From an uncultured Planctomycetota bacterium (GTDB lineage: Bacteria; Planctomycetota; Planctomycetia; Isosphaerales; Isosphaeraceae), in the NCBI GenBank assembly GCA_963737655.1, contig CAVTTN010000002.1, positions 2,784,001 through 2,848,000 of the forward strand: a DNA stretch of 64,000 nucleotides. The letters are read 5' to 3'. A program made the translations under genes and the position numbers. Shown here piece by piece: positions 1 to 9,162 of this stretch (position 1 is its first letter; every line of letters begins with the position of its first letter). The notes below the pieces were generated by a model. It had not been told where the DNA came from, searched no databases, and saw only the letters and a program-made list of their open reading frames with translations.

Positions 1-402
1 ATCCAGATCCAGGTGCGGAAACATCCGTTCTTCGAACGCGCCGGCAATGACCTCCTGTGCCGGGTCCCGATCGGCTTCCCCCAGGCGGCGCTCGGGGCCG
101 AGGTGGACGTGCCGACGCTCGACGGCCCGGACCGGCTGACGGTCCCCCGAGGCACCCAGAGCGGAGAAGTCCTGAAGCTCAAGGGCCGGGGGATGCCCGA
201 CGTCAACGGCCGGGGGCGGGGCGACGAGCTCGTCGAGGTCGTCGTCGAGACCCCCTCACGCCTCACGGCCCGCCAGGAGGAGCTCCTCCGGGAGCTGGCC
301 GAACTCGACCATGAGGAGGTCTCCCCGAAGCGCAAGGGGTTCCTCGAAAAACTCAAGGACTTCTTCACCGAACCCGACGACGACGGCCCCGAGCATCCGT
401 AA
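1..402 (+). CDS. dnaJ: Chaperone DnaJ, C-terminal part (5' truncated by window edge)
   Basis: KHPFFERAGNDLLC..PIGFPQAALGAEVDVPTLDG..GTQSG..GRGMP..GRGD..VETP is a typical DnaJ C-domain; frame is open from base 1; followed by grpE. Confidence 0.95.
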   Translation: MQIQVRKHPFFERAGNDLLCRVPIGFPQAALGAEVDVPTLDGPDRLTVPRGTQSGEVLKLKGRGMPDVNGRGRGDELVEVVVETPSRLTARQEELLRELAELDHEEVSPKRKGFLEKLKDFFTEPDDDGPEHP

Positions 403-487
403 CCGGGCGATCGGACCGGCCGCCGACCCCTCCCTCTCCCATCGCGAGCCGGGCCCCGCTTCACCGGGCCCGGGACCGAGGACGGAC

Positions 488-1006
488 ATGATGAGCAGCG
501 AAACCACCCCGCCCGACGAGAAGACCGCCGACGGAACCGGATCGACCCGCCCCGATGACCCGGCCGAGGTCCTCCGCCAGAGAGACGAGTACCTCGAACA
601 GCTTCAACGGACCAAGGCCGAATTCGTCAACTACCAGAGGCGATCGAAGGAACAGGCCGAGAAGAACCTGAATTACGCCGTCTCGGGCCTCGCCGGAGAC
701 CTCCTCGGCGTCCTGGACAACTTCGAGAGGGCCCTGGACGCCGCCCGGGGGACGGGCGCCTCGGCGATCGTCGATGGGCTGGAACTCGTCCACCGCCAGC
801 TCCTGGGCGCGCTGGCCAAGCACGGGATCGAGCCGATCTCGGCCGTCGGCCAGCCGTTCGACCCGAACCAGCACGAGGCCCTCGCCCAGCAGCCCTCCGG
901 GGACCACCCGGCCGGCACGGTCGTGGCCGAGCTCGGCCGAGGCTACCGATTGAAGGACCGGGTCCTCCGGCCGTCGAAGGTCGCCGTCTCCGTCAAGCCC
1001 GAATAA
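488..1006 (+). CDS. grpE: Nucleotide exchange factor GrpE
   Basis: RTKAEFVNYQRR, DLLGVLDNFERAL, GQPFDPNQHEAL, GYRLKDRVLRPSKVAV. Confidence 0.95.
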   Translation: MMSSETTPPDEKTADGTGSTRPDDPAEVLRQRDEYLEQLQRTKAEFVNYQRRSKEQAEKNLNYAVSGLAGDLLGVLDNFERALDAARGTGASAIVDGLELVHRQLLGALAKHGIEPISAVGQPFDPNQHEALAQQPSGDHPAGTVVAELGRGYRLKDRVLRPSKVAVSVKPE

Positions 1007-1024
1007 ATCTTCCCGAGGCCCTCG

Positions 1025-1324
1025 ATGCCCACCTACGATTACATCTGCGACGCCTGCGGCCACGAGTTCGAGTCGTTCGAATCGATCAAGGCCGACCCCC
1101 AGAAGACCTGCCCCTCGTGCGGCGTCGATAAGCTCCGCCGGAAGATCGGCGCCGGAGCCGCCATCCTCTTCAAGGGGTCCGGCTTCTACCAGACCGATTA
1201 CCGGAGCGACTCGTACAAGTCCGCCGCGAAGGCGGACAAGCCGGCCGAGCCGAGCAAGCCGGCCGAATCCTCGTCGTCGTCCTCCACGCCCGCCCCCGCC
1301 CCCAAGCCCTCGACCGACAAATGA
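1025..1324 (+). CDS. FmdB-family zinc-ribbon protein
   Basis: MPTYDYICDACGHEF..CPSCG..FKGSGFYQTDY with low-complexity tail. Confidence 0.92.
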   Translation: MPTYDYICDACGHEFESFESIKADPQKTCPSCGVDKLRRKIGAGAAILFKGSGFYQTDYRSDSYKSAAKADKPAEPSKPAESSSSSSTPAPAPKPSTDK

Positions 1325-1521
1325 TCCGAGGCAAGTGCCCGATCTGCGACAAACCGTTCGAGACCGAGTCGCTCGACCGGTGGCCGAGCTTCCCGTTCTG
1401 CTCCGAACGCTGCCGGATGATCGACCTGGGCCGGTGGATCGACGGCGATTACGCCATCCCGGCCGGGACGGACTCGAAGGCCGAAGGCGATCCGGACGAG
1501 GATGAGGAGGAAGGCCCGTAG
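1321..1521 (+). CDS. yacG: DNA gyrase inhibitor YacG
   Basis: CPIC..FPFCSERC..IDLGRW..Y.I, acidic tail. Confidence 0.92.
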   Translation: MIRGKCPICDKPFETESLDRWPSFPFCSERCRMIDLGRWIDGDYAIPAGTDSKAEGDPDEDEEEGP

Positions 1522-1567
1522 GGCGGGCGAAGCCGACCCTGCGGGCGCGGTGCACCTTCGGGGACGG

Positions 1568-2797
1568 TCATCCCATCAACCGATCCGCCCGGCCGATGAG
1601 CTCGACCACGGGCAGGCCGTAGGGGCAAGCGGCCTCGGCGGCCTGGAGGTCGGCGGCGGCGAGGTCGCGGGCCTCGGCCGGCAGGGCCTGATAGAGGGCC
1701 CTCGCCTCGCCTCGCTTGCCGTAGACCGAGTAGTACCGGAGGTAGCGGAGGACGGTCGCGACGGGGACGCCCTTGGCGGAGGTCTCGCAGAGGTGGCCGC
1801 AGCCGTGGCAGTAGAGGTTCGCGGTCTTCGCCTTGTGCTCCTCCAGCAGCCGGGCCTGCTTCGGGTCGATCGGCGAGACGGCGGCGGCCATGTTGTCGCG
1901 GAGCATGTCGCGGTTGGTCATCTCGGAGACGACGACCTGGAACCGGCCGTCGGCGAAGACCGTCTGGATCGCGGCCTGCTCCTTCTTGAACCCCTTCTCG
2001 ACGAAACCCTGGAACTTCGGCGACGCCAGGGCCTCCTGGAAGTCGCCGGCCCCGCCTTGGGTCTTCATGGCGATCAGGCCGAGGTTCGCCTTGGCCGCCT
2101 TGTCCACGGCGCGCCTCACGGCGTCGATGTCCATGGTCCGGTAGTTGAACTGGATCATGATCTGGTCGAGCCAGCCGACCTCCGCGGCGGCCTCGACGAC
2201 CTCGGGCAGCTTGCCGTCGTGGCAGGAGAGGCCGGCGAACTTGATCTTGCCGGCCTTCTTGAGGTCCTCGAACGCCTTCTTCACGCCCGGGTCGCGGAGC
2301 AGGTTGATCTGCTCGCCCTTCAGGCCGTGGAGGTAATAGGCGTCGGCGTAGTCGGTCTTGAGCCGGGCCAGGGACTTGTCCAGCCTCTCCCCGAAGATCT
2401 TCGCGGCGTTGGCGCCCAGGGCGTTGCGGTAGCCCGAGTTCTTGGTGACGAGGAAGACGTCCTTGCGCTTGCCGGTGCGTTCGAGGACCTCGCCGATGGT
2501 CTTCTCGGAGTTCCCCTGCTCGTAGCCCTCGGCGGTGTCGATGAAGGTGACCCCTCGGGCGATGGCGAGCTGGACGAAGCTGGGCTGGACGGTCCAGCTC
2601 GTGCCCATGCCCAGGCGGGTGACCTTCTGGCCGGTCTTGCCCAGGACGACGGTGGGCACGGCCTCCTCGGGGGCGGAGGCCAGGAGCGACCCGGGCGACC
2701 CAGCCACCGCCGCCGACGCCCCGGCGGCCACGGCCGTCGTCTTGAGGAACTGCCGCCGGTTCCCGCCGCCGCCACCGCCGCACGGAGTGCTGCTCAT
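1568..2797 (-). CDS. Tat-exported aldo/keto reductase with C-terminal Fe-S dicluster-like motif
   Basis: NRRQFLK twin-arginine signal; LGKTG..LGMG, FIDTAEGY, LARLKTDY.D.Y.LH; C-terminal CxxCxxC...CP. Confidence 0.88.
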   Translation of the reverse strand: MSSTPCGGGGGGNRRQFLKTTAVAAGASAAVAGSPGSLLASAPEEAVPTVVLGKTGQKVTRLGMGTSWTVQPSFVQLAIARGVTFIDTAEGYEQGNSEKTIGEVLERTGKRKDVFLVTKNSGYRNALGANAAKIFGERLDKSLARLKTDYADAYYLHGLKGEQINLLRDPGVKKAFEDLKKAGKIKFAGLSCHDGKLPEVVEAAAEVGWLDQIMIQFNYRTMDIDAVRRAVDKAAKANLGLIAMKTQGGAGDFQEALASPKFQGFVEKGFKKEQAAIQTVFADGRFQVVVSEMTNRDMLRDNMAAAVSPIDPKQARLLEEHKAKTANLYCHGCGHLCETSAKGVPVATVLRYLRYYSVYGKRGEARALYQALPAEARDLAAADLQAAEAACPYGLPVVELIGRADRLMG

Positions 2798-2985
2798 CGG
2801 TCGATCCTCGAAGCCCCGGAGTTTTCGGTCGTCGCGCCTCATTCTGATCGGGCCGGAGGGCGTGGTCAACAAAGTTTTGAACGGCCACGACGGTCGATCC
2901 GCCGAATCCCGTCTTGCCCGAGCCCCTCTTCCTTCCCCGTTCGTGTCGCACGACAATGGCGTGACTCAATCCCGTGGAGGTGGAC

Positions 2986-3223
2986 ATGACCCAGCGAGCC
3001 GAGGATCTCTATCAGGTCGCCCTGACGCTCACGGATTCCGAGAGGGCCGACCTGGCGACCCGTCTGCTGGAGAGCCTCGACCCCGACACCGAGGATGACG
3101 CGGACGTGGAAACCGCCTGGGCCTCCGAGATCGCCGATCGGCTCGGGGAGGCTCGATCGGGGCGAGGTCAGGCCGATCCCCTGGGACGAGGCCCGCCGGA
3201 TGATCGCCGATGATGGCCATTGA
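2986..3223 (+). CDS. Addiction-module antitoxin (TIGR02574-like); apparent +1 frameshift near 3150
   Basis: ALTLTDSERADLATRLLESLD..AWASEIADR; shifted frame continues ELDRGEVRPIPWDEARRMI; immediately upstream of a RelE/ParE toxin. Confidence 0.85.
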
Positions 3224-3509
3224 GTTCCATCCCCGGGCTATCGAAGAGGCCCGCGAGGCACGGCGGTGGTATCTCCGACGAGACGCCTCGGTGGCTGACC
3301 GCTTCCTTGCCGAGCTGGAACGGGTCATCGAGCGGGTTCGGAGTGCCCCGAATCGTCCTCCCCTGCATCTCCTGGGAACTCGGGCCGTTCGCCTCCGTCG
3401 ATTCCCTTTTCGGCTGATCGATCGCGTGAGGGAATCCTCAATCCAGGTCGTCGCCCTGGCCCACGGGAAGAGACGGCCAGGATACTGGAGGCGACGGATG
3501 AACGGGTAA
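3213..3509 (+). CDS. RelE/ParE-family toxin
   Basis: IEFHPRAIEEAREARRWY..FLAEL..RRFPFRLI..VVALAHGKRRPGYW. Confidence 0.88.
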   Translation: MAIEFHPRAIEEAREARRWYLRRDASVADRFLAELERVIERVRSAPNRPPLHLLGTRAVRLRRFPFRLIDRVRESSIQVVALAHGKRRPGYWRRRMNG

Positions 3510-3580
3510 CGCCCCGGGCCGACCGCTCACTCGGAGGGGCCGGCCCGGGGCGATTTGCGGTCGTTTCGCCGATCCTGACG

Positions 3581-5869
3581 TCACTTCGGCGGGAGGGCCG
3601 GGAGTTCGTCGTCGGTCTTCGCCGGGGGCGGCTCGGCGATGGCCTTCGCGGGCTTCGTGGAGGCTTCGGCGTCGCTGGCCGAGGCGCCCTTGACCTGGAG
3701 TTCCCGGAGGGGGACGGCCGGGTCATTCCGCGAGTAGATCTTCGGCTCTCCGGCCGGGATGGTCGGGGCGGAGGGGGTCGGGGGCGGCCCGAGCGGTCCG
3801 GCGGGGGCGGGCAGGTCCGGTCGGCCTCGCTCCTGGATTCCCGGAGGGGGCTGCGGGGTCACCGGGTCGAGCTGCATCGGCGGGCTGACCGGGCGGGGCT
3901 TGTACGGGCCGTCCTGGCCGGTCGGGTGGCGGAAGTGGCCGGCCTGCTGGTCTCGGGCCTGGATGTACGCCTTCGCCGGCCACGGGCCTTCGGCCAGGGC
4001 GATGTTGTCGTAGGCCAGGAGCGTCCCCTTGGCCTCTTCCAGGGCGGCGATCGCCGTGTTGTACCGGGTGCGGAAGTCCGCCTCCTGGGCGACGGCCGTG
4101 GCCCAGCGGTTCACGGCGTCGAGGTAGCGGTCGATGGTGATCGTCCCGTTCTCGTAGAAGGCCGCCTGGGCGTCGAGCCTCTGCTTGGCCGCCGCCTTCA
4201 GCCTCCCGGCGGTCTTGAACAGCTTGTAGTTGGCATCGACTTCCAGGAAGAACCGGGCGAGGGAGTGGGTCGTCTGGTGGACGACCTGCTGGAGGAACGC
4301 CCTCTGCCTCAGCAGGGTGTACTGGGCCGACTTCGTGTTGGCCAGGGGGCCGCGATAGCCCAGGGGCATCTGGAACGTCAGGCCGACCTGCCAGGTCTGG
4401 AAGTCGCTGAGCCGGGAGGGCTGCGGGTTCAACCCGGCGAGCCTCTGCATGTTCTGGAGCATCGGGTTGATGGCCGAGATCGTCCGGCCGCTCATCACCG
4501 ATTCGGCCTGGTCGAGGTGGTGGCCCAGGCCGTTGAACTGGTAGAGGGCATCCAGGTTCAACACCGGCAGGAGCTGGTTGCGGGCGACCAGGAGCTGAAG
4601 CTCGGCCACTCGCACAAGGAGCTGATTCTGGACGATGTCGGGCTGGAAGGTGACCATCTGGGCGAGGCTGGCCTCCCAGTTGGGCTCCACCCGGGCCTCG
4701 GTCGGGGCGGTGACCGGGATGATCCGGCGGTTGTCGGTGGGCGGGAGGCCGAGGATGTTGCGGAGCTGCCTCTCGGTGGTGATCAGGTTGGCCGTCTTGT
4801 CCACGAAGTCCAGGCGGAACCGTTCGAGCTGCTCGGCGGCCTCGGCGACGTTGGGCAGCGCCCCGTTGCCGACGAGGTACTTGGCCTCCTCGCGGCGGAG
4901 GATCTGGTCGCCCAGGTCCACGGCGGTCTCGCTCGCCCAGTATTGCACCTGGGCCTGGGAGAGTGCCCAGTATTGCTGCTCGATGGACCGGACCTCGGCC
5001 ATGACCTCGGCCTTGAACCGCCAGACGGAGACGTCGGCCTGGATTCGCTGGACGACCACCGGGGCGCGGTTGGCCTCCAGGCCGGCGGGGTTCGGGTTGG
5101 GGTTGAAGGCGTTGGGGGCCGAGCCGAGCAACGGCTGGCTGAACCGCATCTGCGTGTTCGTGGTATAGGCCGACGGGTAGACGTTGGTCGGGCTATTGGA
5201 GTAGTTGTAGACGACGTTGTGGGCCACGGAATACGTGGTGCCGGTCGCCCCTCGCTTCTGCAAGGTCAGGGCGGCGTTGGCCGTTTCCTGGGTGAACACG
5301 ACCGGGAACTTGGCCCCGGCGATGAACGTCCCGGCGGAGATGGCGTTGTTGAACGGGGCGACGTTCTTGTTCCAGAAGATCGTGGCCGAGAGGCTGGCGT
5401 CGAAGACCGAGAGGGCCTGGGCGATCTGGGTTTCCTGGATCGCCGGGTCATACACGGTGGTCAACGTGCCGGTGCCGAGGGCGCCACCGGCCCCGGTGTT
5501 CAGCGGGGTGGGCTCGAAGCCGCCGACCGGGATGCCCTGGGCACCCAGGGCGATCACGCGGACGACCTCGGAATTCTCCAGGCCGATCTTGATGGCGTCC
5601 TGGAGCTTGAGCTCCCAGTACTGCTCGGCCTCGGGATTGGAGGTGGTCCGTGGGTCGGAGACCTGGGGCAAGGGGACGTTGAGCCCCTCCTGCATGAAGG
5701 CCGCCTGCTTGACGTTGGAGTCCTCCTCCGCGGCCATGGCGGCCGTCTCGTGGGGGACGGCCCTCGCCTGGTCGATGTAGGGGGCCCGCCGGCAGCCGAA
5801 GCCCGGGCCGAGTGCCCCGGCCAGGGCCGCCGCCAACGCCAGCCGGTTCCCGAGAGAGGTCAATCGCAT
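3581..5869 (-). CDS. TolC-like outer membrane efflux protein, probably lipoprotein
   Basis: Signal peptide ending GFGC; LKLQDAIKIGLENS; LLVARNQLLPVLNL; WQVGLTFQMPLG; Pro-rich tail. Confidence 0.85.
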   Translation of the reverse strand: MRLTSLGNRLALAAALAGALGPGFGCRRAPYIDQARAVPHETAAMAAEEDSNVKQAAFMQEGLNVPLPQVSDPRTTSNPEAEQYWELKLQDAIKIGLENSEVVRVIALGAQGIPVGGFEPTPLNTGAGGALGTGTLTTVYDPAIQETQIAQALSVFDASLSATIFWNKNVAPFNNAISAGTFIAGAKFPVVFTQETANAALTLQKRGATGTTYSVAHNVVYNYSNSPTNVYPSAYTTNTQMRFSQPLLGSAPNAFNPNPNPAGLEANRAPVVVQRIQADVSVWRFKAEVMAEVRSIEQQYWALSQAQVQYWASETAVDLGDQILRREEAKYLVGNGALPNVAEAAEQLERFRLDFVDKTANLITTERQLRNILGLPPTDNRRIIPVTAPTEARVEPNWEASLAQMVTFQPDIVQNQLLVRVAELQLLVARNQLLPVLNLDALYQFNGLGHHLDQAESVMSGRTISAINPMLQNMQRLAGLNPQPSRLSDFQTWQVGLTFQMPLGYRGPLANTKSAQYTLLRQRAFLQQVVHQTTHSLARFFLEVDANYKLFKTAGRLKAAAKQRLDAQAAFYENGTITIDRYLDAVNRWATAVAQEADFRTRYNTAIAALEEAKGTLLAYDNIALAEGPWPAKAYIQARDQQAGHFRHPTGQDGPYKPRPVSPPMQLDPVTPQPPPGIQERGRPDLPAPAGPLGPPPTPSAPTIPAGEPKIYSRNDPAVPLRELQVKGASASDAEASTKPAKAIAEPPPAKTDDELPALPPK

Positions 5870-5877
5870 GGCCTGAC

Positions 5878-6008
5878 CGTCCTTGACTTAGAGCGCCATG
5901 AGACGAGGGGGGTCGAGTGGGCGCGGGGCTCCCCGCGCACGACCGGCCCGCGGCTCGCCAACGGCGGAGACCCGCGCCTCGGTCGGTGGCTGGCCGCGTC
6001 CCTGCGGC
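5878..6008 (-). promoter_or_regulatory. Two candidate CsrA/RsmA-binding sites (CANGGAYG) in the leader of the TolC-like gene
   Basis: Minus strand GCCGC-AGGGAC-GCGGC hairpin (5993-6008) and CAAGGACG (5878-5885) at the RBS position. Confidence 0.4.
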
Positions 6009-6219
6009 ACAGCCCTCGTCGGTCCAAAGGCAAGGCAACGACTCCGAGCAGGCGCGGCGTTCGTCCGTTCGTCCCGTCCCGACCGGCCGCGCAATCCGTC
6101 CGTTTTCCGGGGGCGACAACCCCGGCCCAGGCGCGTGGCCTCGGTCCCGGTGCGTCGATTCGACCTGTTAAGGGGTATCGGTTGTGCCGAACTTGGCTCT
6201 TGAGCGGGTCCGGCGGATT

Positions 6220-6723
6220 CTACGGTTTTCGCCGCCCGACGCCAGGGCAAAACGACCCATGGCGCAACGAGGGCGCCCGCTTCGGGTCCGCCCCCGAGAC
6301 AATGGGACGCCCCGGACCCCACCCTTCCCGCCCGCGATCAGAAATCCAGGGGCGCAGCTTCGACGGCGGGTCGATCAGCACCGCCGGCCGTCTCACGAAC
6401 GCCGCCACCCAGATCAGCACCAGGATCACCGACTGGACCCCGAACGGCTCGCCGTGCTCCATATGCGTGACGATCGCCCCGCCCATGTACGACGACAACA
6501 GCAGCACGCCCAGCGGGTGGACCCTCGGCGCCATGAACAACACGGCGCTGACCAGCTCGCCGATGCCGATCAGGGCGATCCGGTCGGCAAGCCCCCACTC
6601 GCCGAACGACTTGACCACCGGCGCGGCCCTCATCAGCTTCGCCACCGCGCTCGCGACGAACAGCAGACCCAGGGCCGAGGTGAGGAACCAGCCGAGATAA
6701 TGGCGGGCCTTGGCGACGTTCAT
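6220..6723 (-). CDS. DoxX-family membrane protein (3' end uncertain)
   Basis: LFVASAVAKL..IGIGELVSAVLF..P....LGVLLLSSYMGGAIVTH. Confidence 0.85.
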   Translation of the reverse strand: MNVAKARHYLGWFLTSALGLLFVASAVAKLMRAAPVVKSFGEWGLADRIALIGIGELVSAVLFMAPRVHPLGVLLLSSYMGGAIVTHMEHGEPFGVQSVILVLIWVAAFVRRPAVLIDPPSKLRPWISDRGREGWGPGRPIVSGADPKRAPSLRHGSFCPGVGRRKP

Positions 6724-7073
6724 CACGCCACCGGGCCGGGGTTCTGCCCGGCCGGAGAGGTCGCCGCCACGGCCTTCTTGATCCTCTTCTTGAGCGACCT
6801 CGTCAGCTTCTTCCGCAGGTAGGCGACCTCCCCCGGCTCGCTGCCCTCCAGCGCATGCCCGAGGAACTGGATCAGATAGCCGACGACGAACAGCGTCGCG
6901 GAGAAGACGAACAGGGGGACCGACATCAGGGCCACGTAGATCGGCACGGTCAGGACGCCCATCAGAGTCATCGGGATGCCCACCATGTGGAGGGCGAACG
7001 TGACGGGCCTCCGATGCCTCTCCAGCCAGTCCTGGACAACCGGGGCCGGGGTCAATGGGGGGCAGAGCATCAT
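6723..7073 (-). CDS. DUF962/Mpo1-like membrane protein
   Basis: [34 protein letters not shown]. Confidence 0.82.
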   Translation of the reverse strand: MMLCPPLTPAPVVQDWLERHRRPVTFALHMVGIPMTLMGVLTVPIYVALMSVPLFVFSATLFVVGYLIQFLGHALEGSEPGEVAYLRKKLTRSLKKRIKKAVAATSPAGQNPGPVA

Positions 7074-7237
7074 GCGGTGCGGTCCTGGCTCGGCCCGCGA
7101 TCCCGGGGCAAGGGCCGTCGCTTGACGGCGGATCGCGGTCTCGGTTACGTTCCGGGTCATCGGCCGGTTTTTCGGCTTTTGACGATACCCCATCCGCGAC
7201 TCGCGCCGCAACGCCTTTCCCGGAGAGCAACCGACTC

Positions 7238-8326
7238 ATGGCCCACCCCGTGACCCTGATCCCCGGCGACGGCGTCGGGCCCGAGCTGGCCGAAGCGACG
7301 AGGATGTGCATCGACGCCACCGGCGTGGCCATCGACTGGGACATCCAGCACGCCGGCGTGGACATCATGGAGACCGCCGGGACGCCCGTCCCCGACTCCG
7401 TCCTCGAATCCTGCCGACGCACCGGATGCGCCCTGAAGGCCCCGATCACCACGCCCGTCGGCACCGGATTCCGCTCCGTCAATGTCTACTTGAGGCAGGC
7501 GCTGGACCTCTACGCCTGCGTCCGCCCGTGCAAGCAGTATCCCGGCGTCCGCACCTTCTTCTCCAACACGAAGGTGGACATCGTCATCGTCCGCGAGAAC
7601 ACCGAGGACCTCTACCTCGGCTGCGAGTTCGAGCAGGGCAAGCCCGAGACCGCCGAATTGATCGGCACCATCAAGCGGCTCAACGGCAAGACGATCCGGC
7701 CGGATTCGGGCATCTCGATCAAGCCGATCTCGATCACCGGCAGCGAGCGGATCGTCAAGTACGCGTTCGACTACGCCCGCGAGCACGGCCGGAAGAAGGT
7801 CACGGCCGTCCACAAGGCCAACATCCTGAAGTTCTCCGACGGCCTGTTCCTCGAAGTCGCCCGAGAGGTGGCCAAGGGCTACCCGGACATCGAGTTCGAA
7901 GACCGGATCGTGGACAACATGTGCATGCAGCTCGTCCAGAAGCCCGAGCTGTACGACGTCCTCGTCTTGCCCAACCTCTACGGAGACATCCTCTCGGACC
8001 TCGGCGCCGGCCTGGTCGGCGGCCTCGGGGTGGCCCCCGGGGCGAACATCGGCGAGAAGGGCGCGGTCTTCGAGGCCACCCACGGCTCGGCCCCGAAGTA
8101 CAAGGGCCAGTGGAAGATGAACCCGGTCGCGCTGATCCTCTCCGGGGTCCTCATGCTGGAGCACCTCGGCGAGAAGGACGCCGCGAAGAGGCTGGAAGCC
8201 GCAGTGGCCAAGGTGATCGTGGAAGGCAAGGACGTGACCTACGACATGAAGCCCCACCGAGACGACCCCTCGGCCGTCGGCACCAAGCAAATGGCCGAGG
8301 CGATCATCCGCGCGATGGGCGCCTGA
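7238..8326 (+). CDS. icd: Isocitrate dehydrogenase (isocitrate/isopropylmalate dehydrogenase family)
   Basis: [62 protein letters not shown]. Confidence 0.9.
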   Translation: MAHPVTLIPGDGVGPELAEATRMCIDATGVAIDWDIQHAGVDIMETAGTPVPDSVLESCRRTGCALKAPITTPVGTGFRSVNVYLRQALDLYACVRPCKQYPGVRTFFSNTKVDIVIVRENTEDLYLGCEFEQGKPETAELIGTIKRLNGKTIRPDSGISIKPISITGSERIVKYAFDYAREHGRKKVTAVHKANILKFSDGLFLEVAREVAKGYPDIEFEDRIVDNMCMQLVQKPELYDVLVLPNLYGDILSDLGAGLVGGLGVAPGANIGEKGAVFEATHGSAPKYKGQWKMNPVALILSGVLMLEHLGEKDAAKRLEAAVAKVIVEGKDVTYDMKPHRDDPSAVGTKQMAEAIIRAMGA

Positions 8327-8580
8327 TGGCCCGGGCGAAGCGGGGGCGGCCCCGACATCCGAACAAGGACATCGAGGCCGCCGTTCGCTATGCTGAAGGA
8401 CAGGGGTGGATCTGCACGACCCCGGCCAGCCACGCCTGGGGTCGTCTCTATTGCCCTGAAGGGACTCGGGAAGGCTGCCACTTCTCCGTGTGGTCCACCC
8501 CGAGGCGCCCCTCAGAGTTCGCCGAATCCATCTGCCGTCGAGTAGACCGCTGTCCCCACGCGGGCGAGGCCGACGAATGA
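8326..8580 (+). CDS. Small Cys-rich protein, putative HicA-like toxin
   Basis: HPNKDIEAAVRYAEGQGW..ASHAWGRLYCP..SVWSTP; start overlaps the icd stop (TGATG). Confidence 0.65.
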   Translation: MARAKRGRPRHPNKDIEAAVRYAEGQGWICTTPASHAWGRLYCPEGTREGCHFSVWSTPRRPSEFAESICRRVDRCPHAGEADE

Positions 8581-8882
8581 AGACGACCAGCACCCGGCCG
8601 AAACGATCGCCAAATCAACGGCCGAGGGAGCCGAAGCGGCCGGTCTTCCGATTCAGCCTCATCTACTCCGGCCCGACCGAGCTGACCGACGAGATCGAGA
8701 ACGCCCTCCTGGAAGCCGGTTGCGACGACGCCCTCCTGGGAATCCAGGGCGGCCGACTGTTCCTCGACTTCGCCCGAGAGGCCCCGTCCTTCCGCCTCGC
8801 CCTGACCTCGGCGATCATGGACGTGGAGTTTGCCTGCCTGGGCCTGGAGCTCGTCCGCGTCGATTCGGATGGGACCGCCTGA
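8577..8882 (+). CDS. Putative HicB-like antitoxin lacking a C-terminal HTH
   Basis: FRFSLIY..ALLEAGCDDALLG..LDFAREA.S...A..SAI.DVE; ATGA overlap with upstream gene. Confidence 0.65.
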   Translation: MKTTSTRPKRSPNQRPREPKRPVFRFSLIYSGPTELTDEIENALLEAGCDDALLGIQGGRLFLDFAREAPSFRLALTSAIMDVEFACLGLELVRVDSDGTA

Positions 8883-8915
8883 GCGCGGCCGAATTTTCAA
8901 GGAGTCTCTTCGGAG

Positions 8916-9113
8916 ATGGTCGACTCGCCTCAGGACGGGGATTTCCTCAAGGACGCCTTCGTCGAGGACCTCCAGCAGCATCGCGAGACTTTCCTCGAAT
9001 TTTTTGCCGCAGTCCTGGAAGATCACGCCCTCTCCAGGGCCATCCAGGAGGGACGGACGTCGGGTCCGTTCTCCCGCCATGAAGTCTTGCGGATTCTGGG
9101 GACTCCGGGATGA
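8916..9113 (+). CDS. Small acidic helical protein, orphan antitoxin-like
   Basis: 65 aa with GGAG upstream; LEDHALSRAIQEG..SRHEVLRIL resembles short antitoxin C-termini. Confidence 0.45.
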   Translation: MVDSPQDGDFLKDAFVEDLQQHRETFLEFFAAVLEDHALSRAIQEGRTSGPFSRHEVLRILGTPG

Positions 9114-9162
9114 ACTCGACGCCCGGCCCGTGTTCCGTCCGTCGCCTTGTTCGGCGCCTTCC

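Noticed and set aside
1518..1545. GTAG-GGCGGGC-GAA-GCCGACC, REP-like, containing the yacG stop
   Set aside because: Single imperfect copy with no partner in the window; cannot be supported
6175..6203. Sigma-28-like promoter (TCAAG...ACCGATAC) upstream of the TolC-like gene
   Set aside because: Spacing deviates from the canonical consensus and there is no independent evidence
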